Below are positions 57,514-64,000 of a stretch of 64,000 nt of DNA, in pieces. Where the stretch lies: contig CAWJXU010000002.1 of assembly GCA_963846865.1 (NCBI GenBank), positions 33,527 to 97,526 of the forward strand. Reading direction: 5' to 3'. Position 1 is the first letter of the stretch. Each line of letters opens with the position of its first letter. Made by a program: the position numbers and the translations under genes. The notes below the pieces were generated by a model that was not told the origin of the DNA, searched no databases, and saw nothing but the letters and a program-made list of their open reading frames with translations. This DNA comes from an uncultured Thermoleophilaceae bacterium (GTDB taxonomy: Bacteria > Actinomycetota > Thermoleophilia > Solirubrobacterales > Thermoleophilaceae).

Positions 57514-57602
57514 CGGAGGGGGTGGGATTCGAACCCACGAAGGACGGAACCGCCCTTACCGGTTTTCAAGACCGGCGCATTCAACCGCTCTGCCACCCCT
57601 CC
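57514..57602 (-). tRNA. tRNA-Ser (anticodon UGA)
   Basis: The reverse complement GGAGGGGTGGCAGAGCGGTTGAATGCGCCGGTCTTGAAAACCGGTAAGGGCGGTTCCGTCCTTCGTGGGTTCGAATCCCACCCCCTCCG folds with a long variable arm and loop CT-TGA-AA. Confidence 0.9.
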
Positions 57603-57618
57603 GGAGGCTGAGTTGAGG

Positions 57619-57879
57619 CTAGCGCCGCTCGGGACGCCGCTGGCGGGACCGCTCGCGCCGTGCCGCGCCGTACCACGCGGCCGCCATCGACAACGCGGTC
57701 GCCACGACGATCCACAGGAAGGCGAGCCCCTCGCTCGTGTCGAGCTGGGCCTGGCGGATCAGGACCGTGAGGCCGAGCGCTCCCCAGGCCGCAGCCGCGA
57801 ACACCGGGTTGCCGATCCACCACCCGATCAGGAACGGGCCAATGAGCGTCGCGATGATGATCGCTGCGGCGATCTCCAT
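57619..57879 (-). CDS. Small 3-TM hypothetical membrane protein
   Basis: From the internal ATG: MEIAAAIIIATLIGPFLIGWWIGNPVFAAAAWGALGLTVLI..LAFLWIVVATALSMAAAWYG, with a basic tail. Confidence 0.4.
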   Translation of the reverse strand: MEIAAAIIIATLIGPFLIGWWIGNPVFAAAAWGALGLTVLIRQAQLDTSEGLAFLWIVVATALSMAAAWYGAARRERSRQRRPERR

Positions 57880-58006
57880 GGACGTATGTTCGACGAAGTC
57901 GGCTAACGAACGTCCAGTTCCACCCCGCGGAGTGCGACACAACGGCTACCCCAGGCGATGCAACTCGTCCATGTGAAGTCGTTGCAATCAACCGAGGAGG
58001 GCAAGG

Positions 58007-58714
58007 ATGCCTAATTCACGGAGAGGTCGTGCCTGGTTCCCGATGCTTGTTGCGCTGCTGGCGCTGCTCGCATTCGCTCCCCAGGCGGGCGCGACTGATG
58101 ACGAGTACGAGTCGGACGATCCGGTCGTGGGCTGTGTCGCACACGATTCGGAGTACGACTGTGACGAGTACGCGGACGAAGACGAGTCGGAGGAGGAGGA
58201 CAAGTCCGAGTCCGATGACGACGAGTCCGAGTCGGATGAGGACGAGCCCAAGCTGGACGACGGCGATTCCGAGCTCGACGACGACAAGGACGTCCGTTCG
58301 TGCGAGGACGGCCCGGTCGGCGGTGCCGCACGTGGCGGCAAGCACGTCGAACAGTTCGAGGACGGATGCCTGCCGCAGTTCGTGCGGCGGTTCATCAGCC
58401 GCGTATGGAAGTTCGTCGGCGAGGTCGACTACTACGAGGAGGGCGTGCTGAGCATGACCATGCACAAGATCCTCAACCTGCCTCGCAAGTGGCGTACGCA
58501 GGACGACGAGCTGATCGACGGGGACACGAGCGTGCTCGTGAGCGAGCGTGTGCGCGTGTTCCACGACGGCGAGCGCGTCGGGCGCGCCGCCCTGGAGGCC
58601 GCGAACGACGTCCGCGTCCACGGCAAGCTCCTCCGCCCGTTCAACTGGCAGGAGGACGAGGACGGCGAGACCGTCCCGACGATCAGGGCCAAGAAGGTCT
58701 ACATCACGGGCTAG
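58007..58714 (+). CDS. Secreted protein with about 90-aa Asp/Glu/Ser-rich acidic tract and a C-terminal globular domain (hypothetical)
   Basis: Signal peptide ..MLVALLALLAFAPQAGA, then DDEYESDDP..DEDESEEEDKSESDDDESESDEDEPKLDDGDSELDDDKD, then ..FVRRFISRVWKFVGEVDYYEEG.. Confidence 0.5.
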   Translation: MPNSRRGRAWFPMLVALLALLAFAPQAGATDDEYESDDPVVGCVAHDSEYDCDEYADEDESEEEDKSESDDDESESDEDEPKLDDGDSELDDDKDVRSCEDGPVGGAARGGKHVEQFEDGCLPQFVRRFISRVWKFVGEVDYYEEGVLSMTMHKILNLPRKWRTQDDELIDGDTSVLVSERVRVFHDGERVGRAALEAANDVRVHGKLLRPFNWQEDEDGETVPTIRAKKVYITG

Positions 58715-59955
58715 CCCGTAACCGCGGTAATCGTCTCCGGTGCTCCGAAGTCGCGGAGCACCGGAGGCACCGCGATCGTGCCGTCGCCCTGCTGGTGGTT
58801 CTCGACGATCGCGATGATCGTCCGGCCCACCGCGACGGCCGTGCCGTTCAGCGTGTGCACGTGGCGGACGTCGCCGTCACCGGGCCGGTAGCGGATGTCG
58901 AGCCGGCGCGCCTGGAAGTCCGTCGTGTTCGAGCACGACGTCAGCTCGCGGAAGCGTTCCTGGCCCGGCAGCCAGGCCTCGAGGTCGTACTTCTTCGCGG
59001 CCGAGGAACCGAGGTCGCCGACGGCGATGTTCACGACCCGATAGGGGATCTCGAGCGCTTGGAGGACCTCCTCCTCGATCGCGAGCAGGCGCTCGTGCTC
59101 GTCGGACGACTCCTCCGGCTTCACGAACGTGAACATCTCGACCTTGTCGAACTGATGGACGCGGAAGATCCCGCGCGTGTCCTTGCCCGCCGCGCCCGCC
59201 TCGCGCCGGAAGCACGAGGAGAAGCCGGCGTAGCGGATGGCCAGCCGGTCCTCGGGAATGATCTCTCCGGCATGGAGTGAGGCGAGTGGCACCTCCGCCG
59301 TGCCGGCGAGGTAGAGCTCGTCCTCCGGCAGCGCGTAGATCTGCTGCTCGGTGTCGGGGAGGAACCCAGTGCCGTAAAGAGCTTCCTCGCGGACTAGCAC
59401 CGGCGGGATGACCGGCTCGAAGCCCTTGCCGCCGAGCACGTCGAGCGCCCAGCGCACTAGCGCGAGCTCGAGCAGGACGAGCGGCCCTCTCAGATAGGCG
59501 AAGCGGGAGCCGGCCACGCGCGCACCCGCCTCCATGTCGACGAGCCCGCCGAGCAGGTCGAGATGGTCGCGGCCGGTCGCGCCGGACTCGCCCACCTCGC
59601 GCAGCACCTCGTCCTCCTCGGGCGCGGAGGGATCGGGCGGGTTCGGCACGCCCGCGAGAGCGGCCTGGAGCCGCTGCTCGACCTCGCCCACCTCCGCTTG
59701 GAGCTTCTTCACTTCCCCCGCTACGCCGCGCATCTCCTCGATGGCGGCGCTGGCGTCGCCACCAGAGCGTTTCGCCTCGGCGATCTTGTCGTTCGCTGCG
59801 TTCTGGGTGGCGCGCAGCTCCTCGAGCCGCGGTAGTAGCTCACGCCGGCGAGCGTCGAGCGACAGCAGGTCGTCCACGACCTCCGCGGCTCCGCGGCGCG
59901 CAAGCGCCGCGCGAACCGACTCCGGGTCGCGTCGTATCTCCTTTAGGTCGAGCAC
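58711..59955 (-). CDS. serS: Seryl-tRNA synthetase
   Basis: MLDLKEIRRDPE.. coiled-coil arm. Class II motifs ..FRVHQFDKVE.., ..GDLGSSAAKKYDLEAW.. and ..LNGTAVAVGRTIIAIVEN.. Confidence 0.9.
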   Translation of the reverse strand: MLDLKEIRRDPESVRAALARRGAAEVVDDLLSLDARRRELLPRLEELRATQNAANDKIAEAKRSGGDASAAIEEMRGVAGEVKKLQAEVGEVEQRLQAALAGVPNPPDPSAPEEDEVLREVGESGATGRDHLDLLGGLVDMEAGARVAGSRFAYLRGPLVLLELALVRWALDVLGGKGFEPVIPPVLVREEALYGTGFLPDTEQQIYALPEDELYLAGTAEVPLASLHAGEIIPEDRLAIRYAGFSSCFRREAGAAGKDTRGIFRVHQFDKVEMFTFVKPEESSDEHERLLAIEEEVLQALEIPYRVVNIAVGDLGSSAAKKYDLEAWLPGQERFRELTSCSNTTDFQARRLDIRYRPGDGDVRHVHTLNGTAVAVGRTIIAIVENHQQGDGTIAVPPVLRDFGAPETITAVTG

Positions 59956-59970
59956 ACCGGCCGACCGGGC

Positions 59971-60387
59971 CTAGTTGCCGACCGAGCCCTGGCCGAAGTC
60001 GTTCGACGAGTCGCCGGTCTCCTGCTCGTCGCCCGAGTACTTCTCGAGGAACTCGGCGACCGCGTCGGCCTCCTCGCCGACCACGATGTTCGCCGGCATG
60101 ATCGCGCCCGAGAACCCGCCGTTGCGGATCGCGAACAGCACATCGTCCTTCTCCACCTTGCGCGTGTCGAAGTTCGGGCCGTTCGTGCGCTCGCCGCCCG
60201 AGACCTGGCCCTCAGGCTTCGATCCCTCCGCGGAGGCGGCACCGAGAGTGTGACAGCCGCTGCAGCGCTCGGCGAAGAGCACAGCGCCCTGCTCGTCGGC
60301 GGCCGACTCGACGTCGATCTCCTCCGTCTGGCAACCGGTGAGGATCGCGCCCGCGGCGAGGGCTGCGGCAAGGAGTCGGCTGCTCAT
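59971..60387 (-). CDS. Lipoprotein c-type cytochrome (monohaem)
   Basis: Lipobox LTGC, haem motif CSGCH, and distal ..GAIMPAN.. Met. Confidence 0.75.
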   Translation of the reverse strand: MSSRLLAAALAAGAILTGCQTEEIDVESAADEQGAVLFAERCSGCHTLGAASAEGSKPEGQVSGGERTNGPNFDTRKVEKDDVLFAIRNGGFSGAIMPANIVVGEEADAVAEFLEKYSGDEQETGDSSNDFGQGSVGN

Positions 60388-60413
60388 TGGGCGGGCATAC
60401 TAACCGCCGCCCC

Positions 60414-60797
60414 ATGCGCCGCCTTCTGCCCCTGACCGCTCTTCTTCTCGTCCTGGCCGCGGGTTGTGGCGATGATGACGACGACTCTGGCCGGACGGTC
60501 ACGGCCGATCCCGGGGGGACGGTCGAGGTCGTCGCGGACGAGTACTCGTTCGATCCACAGAACATCGTGCTCACAGGTCCCGGCCAGGTCCGAGTGCGGC
60601 TCGACAACCAGGGGAGCCTCGCGCACAACCTCCGCGTGCTCGAGGGGGCCATCCCGCACGGCGGCACGCCCACGTTCATCGGCGGCGACGCGCGCACCGG
60701 CATCGTGCGCGTCCCCGAACCCGGCGAGTACGAGCTCGTGTGCACCGTAGGCGACCACGAAGAGCTCGGGATGACCGGCAAGCTGACTGTTAAGTAA
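60414..60797 (+). CDS. Cupredoxin (blue-copper) lipoprotein
   Basis: MRRLLPLTALLLVLAAGC lipobox. ..SLAHNLRV..YELVCTVGDHEELGMTGKLTVK (His, Cys-x4-His-x4-Met). Confidence 0.7.
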   Translation: MRRLLPLTALLLVLAAGCGDDDDDSGRTVTADPGGTVEVVADEYSFDPQNIVLTGPGQVRVRLDNQGSLAHNLRVLEGAIPHGGTPTFIGGDARTGIVRVPEPGEYELVCTVGDHEELGMTGKLTVK

Positions 60798-61005
60798 AGG
60801 AACGGCGCCACGAGCGGCGAAATCCTCGACCGCCCCGGTGGCGGTGGTGGCGGCCCTGACTCTGCTTAACGCGGACGGTCGTCTCATTCGGCGGCAATCG
60901 ATACTGCCGCCGGGGCGATTACTTCTGCGGACTTCGTCTGTCTTACCTGCAAATCCCGCTGCACGCGGAGGACGTACACCCCCCATCTGGGAAACTGACT
61001 AGTCC

Positions 61006-61897
61006 ATGCGCTCTATCTGGAAAGGCACGATTTCGTTCGGGTTGGTGAACATCCCGATCGCCCTCGGGGTGGCCACCCAGCGGTCCGATCCCAAGTTCCG
61101 CACGCTGGACGCCGAGACCAACCAGCCGATCCGCCAGCAGATGGTGTCCTCGGCGCGTGACGACGCCGTCGTCGACCGTACCGAGACCGTCAAGGGCTAC
61201 GAGGTCGGCAAGGGCCAGTTCGTGGTCGTCACGCGACGAGGAGCTCGAGAGCGTCGCGGTCGAGCGCCGGCGGACGATCGACATCATCTCGTTCATCGAC
61301 ATCGAAGAGGTCGACCCGGTCTACTACGACCGCACCTACTACGTGGCTCCGCAGGAGACGGCGAACAAGCCGTACACCCTCCTGCTCGAGGCCCTCAAGC
61401 AGACCGGGAAGGCCGCCGTCGGAAAGATCGTCCTGTCGAGCAAGGAGCACCTCGTGCTGCTGCGACCGTCCGGCGACGCGCTCGCGATCGAGCTTCTCTT
61501 CTACCCGGAGGATGTGCGCACCTCGACGCACGAGGAGATCGAGGAGGTCGTCCACGACACGAAGGTTGCGAAGGCGGAGCTCGACATGGCCAAGCAGCTC
61601 GTCGAGAGCCTGTCGCGGCCGTTCGAGCCGGGTGAGTTCGAGAACGAGCACAAGCGCGACCTGATGGCGCTGATCGAGAAGAAGCTGGCCGGCGAGGAGA
61701 TCGAGGTGGCGCCGGAGCCGGAGGAGCGCCAGCCCGTGCCGGACCTCATGGCCGCCCTGCAGGCTTCGCTCGACCAGGCCAAGGACGACAAGCGCAAGGG
61801 TGGCGCGAAGCCCCCGGCCGCCAAGAAGAAGAAAGCCGCCGGCGGCACCAAGGCGAAGAAGACGAAGTCTCGCGCGCGCGCGAAGGCGAAGGCCTAG
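61006..61897 (+). pseudogene. ku: Ku (NHEJ DNA-end-binding protein), one frameshift near 61235
   Basis: MRSIWKGTISFGLVNIPIAL..KGYEVGKGQFVVVT|DEELESV..IDIISFIDIEEVDPVYYDRTYYVAP.., with a Lys/Ala-rich basic tail. Confidence 0.8.
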
Positions 61898-61927
61898 CGC
61901 CTGGACCCAGACGCCTTCCGAGCCGCG

Positions 61928-62350
61928 ATGGGCCAGTTCGCGACGGGGGTCGCGGTGGTCACGACCCGCGGCCCGGCTGGGCTCACGACGAACGCGTTCA
62001 GCTCACTGTCGCTGGACCCAATGCTCGTGCTGGTCTGCCTCGACCTGGAATCGCGAACGCTTGCCGCCGTGCGCGAGCACCGGCGCCTCGCCGTGAACGT
62101 GCTGTCGGCGTCGCAGCAGGACGTCGCGGTGAAGTTCGCCGGCAAGGCCGCTCACGCGGAGAAGTTCGAGGACGTCGGCTGGCGCGAGGAGGCCGGCGTC
62201 CCGGTGCTCGACGGCACGGTCGCGTGGGTGGCGGGCAAGGTGCTCGAGCTCATCCCGGGTGGCGATCACGTGATCGCGATCACCTCTGCGGAGGCCTTCG
62301 GCGCGCCCGGCGGCGAGCCGCTCCTCTTCCACGCGGGTGAGTACCGCTAG
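61928..62350 (+). CDS. Flavin reductase-like FMN-binding domain protein
   Basis: ..FATGVAVVTT..GLTTNAFSSLSLDPMLVLVCL...H.V..A......GEPLLFHAGEY. Confidence 0.65.
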   Translation: MGQFATGVAVVTTRGPAGLTTNAFSSLSLDPMLVLVCLDLESRTLAAVREHRRLAVNVLSASQQDVAVKFAGKAAHAEKFEDVGWREEAGVPVLDGTVAWVAGKVLELIPGGDHVIAITSAEAFGAPGGEPLLFHAGEYR

Positions 62351-62817
62351 ATCCCGAATCCTCCGGCTGACGCGCCGGCGCGGAGCGCGAGCGTGACGAT
62401 CAGAAGCGCGCCGATCGTCATCACCCCCATCTCGCGCAGCACGACGCGGCGCGCGAGCGCGGCCTGCTCGGCCTGGTCGAGCGCGTCGAGGTCGTCGACC
62501 TGGTCGAGCTCGCGCTGCGCTGCGCCGATCCGCATTCCCTCGCTCACCATCGTCACCGCCAGGATCGCCACGCCGTAGAGGTAGTGAAGCTCGTCCTCGG
62601 GCTGGTTCCCCGAGATCAAGAGCCACATCCCGACCGCGACCTGAACGACCACCACGACCTGCGCGACCCGCAGCAGGTACCAGAACCAGACCGAGGGCTC
62701 GGACTTCAGCCAGGCGATCGCCCCCCAGGCAGCGACCACGGCGTTGGCGCCCAGGACCACAATCCCCAAGGTCGCATGAAACCCGATCAATACGCGCCTT
62801 TCGGCACTATGTAGCAA
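62347..62817 (-). CDS. Hypothetical 4-TM membrane protein
   Basis: An intact ORF with four hydrophobic helices. It lies divergent from nuoA. Confidence 0.45.
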   Translation of the reverse strand: MLHSAERRVLIGFHATLGIVVLGANAVVAAWGAIAWLKSEPSVWFWYLLRVAQVVVVVQVAVGMWLLISGNQPEDELHYLYGVAILAVTMVSEGMRIGAAQRELDQVDDLDALDQAEQAALARRVVLREMGVMTIGALLIVTLALRAGASAGGFGI

Positions 62818-62851
62818 GTTGTCACAAACGCGGGTATAACACGGCCGCCCG

Positions 62852-63208
62852 ATGCTGAAGAGCTACCTGCCAGCGCTCATCTTCATCCTCCTGGGCCTGG
62901 TTACGGGCGGGGCGTTCGTCTACCTCAACCGCGTGCTCGGTCCGCGGCGCCCCAGCAAGGTGAAGTCGGACCCCTACGAATGCGGGCTGCCGTCGGACGT
63001 TCAGCAGAACTTCCGCTTCGGGATCTCCTTCTACCTCGTCGCGATGCTCTTCATCCTGTTCGACATCGAGGTCATCTTCCTGTACCCGGTCGCGGTGCAG
63101 CTCGAGGCCTTCGGCGTCTTCGCGCTCGTGGAGACGATCGTCTTCATCGCCCTCTTGTTCGTCGCGTTCATCTACGTCTGGCGAAGGGGTGCGCTCGAAT
63201 GGAAGTGA
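62852..63208 (+). CDS. nuoA: NADH-quinone oxidoreductase subunit A
   Basis: ..[28 protein letters not shown].. Confidence 0.85.
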   Translation: MLKSYLPALIFILLGLVTGGAFVYLNRVLGPRRPSKVKSDPYECGLPSDVQQNFRFGISFYLVAMLFILFDIEVIFLYPVAVQLEAFGVFALVETIVFIALLFVAFIYVWRRGALEWK

Positions 63209-63837
63209 TCCGCCAGCCCGTGGGCGAGCCGAGTGACGATCTGCGCGTGCGCCAACTCAAGGCGCGCCAGCTCCTGAAGGGGGAGCTGGAGGGCAAGGAC
63301 CTCGAGGAGTACGTCGAGTCGCGCGTGCTCACGACGACGCTGGAGAAGGCGCAGAACTGGGGCCGCGGCAACTCGATGTTCCCGCTCGGCTTCGGGCTCG
63401 CCTGCTGCGCGATCGAGATGATCACGATCATCGGGTCGCCGCGGAACGACATCGCGCGCTTCGGCCACGAGGCCGTCCGCGCGTCCCCGCGCCAGGCGGA
63501 CATGATGATCCTGTCCGGCCGCGTGTCGGTGAAGATGGCCCCGATCGTCCGGCGCATCTACGACCAGATGCTCGAGCCGAAGTGGGTCATCGCGATGGGC
63601 GCGTGCTCGTCGAGCGCCGGCATGTTCAACAACTACGCGCTCGTCCAGGGCGCCGACAAGTTCATGCCGGTGGACGTCTACGTGCCCGGGTGCCCGCCAC
63701 GGCCCGAGGCGCTCATCTATGGCATCAACAAGCTCCAAAAGATGATCTGGGAACGGCCGGACCTCGGGTGGCGCGAGCGCTACAAGGCCGAGGGGACGGA
63801 GGAGCCCGCTCGCTTCCCAGAGGGCTCCGTTGCCTGA
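63199..63837 (+). CDS. nuoB: NADH-quinone oxidoreductase subunit B
   Basis: [22 protein letters not shown] and VPGCPPRPE (cluster N2 cysteines). It overlaps nuoA by 10 nt. Confidence 0.9.
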   Translation: MEVIRQPVGEPSDDLRVRQLKARQLLKGELEGKDLEEYVESRVLTTTLEKAQNWGRGNSMFPLGFGLACCAIEMITIIGSPRNDIARFGHEAVRASPRQADMMILSGRVSVKMAPIVRRIYDQMLEPKWVIAMGACSSSAGMFNNYALVQGADKFMPVDVYVPGCPPRPEALIYGINKLQKMIWERPDLGWRERYKAEGTEEPARFPEGSVA

Positions 63838-64000
63838 CGCCACCGGGCTCGAGCTCGTCGCTCAGCGAGTGCGCGACAAGCTGGGCGAGGACGCGGTCAC
63901 CGGCACCGCCTACCACCGCGAGCTCGCCACGCTCGAGGTGGCGCCGGCGTCCGTGCGCGATGTCGTCGGCTACCTGAAGCAGGAGGACGAGGAGCCGTAC
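63830..64000 (+). CDS. nuoC: NADH-quinone oxidoreductase subunit C, N-terminal part (3' end outside the window)
   Basis: The TTG at 63830 overlaps the nuoB end. [23 protein letters not shown]...[18 protein letters not shown] matches the NuoC N-terminal style. Gene order is nuoA-B-C. Confidence 0.65.
   Translation, partial: MPDATGLELVAQRVRDKLGEDAVTGTAYHRELATLEVAPASVRDVVGYLKQEDEEPY

Noticed and set aside
57514-59955. Regulatory link (T-box or attenuator) between tRNA-Ser(UGA) and the nearby serS.
   Set aside because: No leader structure with a specifier or T-box sequence is visible upstream of serS (59956-59970 is only 15 nt from the cytochrome c gene). The proximity is probably coincidental.
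60890-60911. Hairpin GGCGGCA-atcgatac-TGCCGCC downstream of the cupredoxin gene, considered as an intrinsic terminator.
   Set aside because: It has a 7-bp stem but no following T-tract. This is not enough support to annotate it.

Overview
This is a 64-kb, very GC-rich bacterial chromosome segment. Protein styles look Actinomycetota-like, possibly Thermoleophilia-like, but that is inference only. tRNA genes lack an encoded CCA. All calls come from reading the six-frame track and the DNA by eye; no searches were run.

Layout:
- (1) 0-6.6 kb: a minus-strand operon with a PhyH-type dioxygenase, cupins, an ATP-grasp protein, a PKD-repeat protein and duplicated zinc-ribbon genes.
- (2) 6.8-19.2 kb: a cell-envelope glycan cluster. 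It holds three GT4 glycosyltransferases, an ABC-2 exporter, a nucleotidyltransferase, a metallophosphoesterase, GNATs, a polymerase-like membrane protein, a deacetylase and a WecA-like initiating transferase.
- (3) 19.2-28.4 kb: an intact tRNA-Arg(ACG) followed by four same-orientation copies of its anticodon-loop-to-3'-end segment. These delimit small cargo segments: SnoaL/NTF2-like gene pairs, an NhaP antiporter, an M14 peptidase with RTX-like tail, and a cupredoxin. No integrase is present.
- (4) 28.4-40 kb: housekeeping and hydrolase genes (xthA, S15 peptidase, RmlD-like, MFS, DUF559, tRNA-Ser, penicillin-acylase family, GH10 xylanase, alpha/beta hydrolase).
- (5) 40.0-52.9 kb: the most unusual part. 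Two tandem paralogous operons each encode a secreted PHM/DBH-like copper monooxygenase fused to an amicyanin-like cupredoxin, a Tat-type amidohydrolase with a long conserved leader, and a beta-propeller protein also fused to an amicyanin-like cupredoxin. A TetR gene and three matching palindromes accompany them.
- (6) 53-57.6 kb: frameshifted kup and kdpDE, bracketed by a 29-nt direct repeat of the tRNA-Ser(UGA) 3' end.
- (7) 57.6-64 kb: serS, cytochrome c, a cupredoxin, ku, a flavin reductase and nuoABC.

Reading-frame disruptions are very dense in 0.4-16.4 kb and 53-57 kb. They are absent from the copper operons. This points to either locus-specific gene decay or GC-dependent sequence error.
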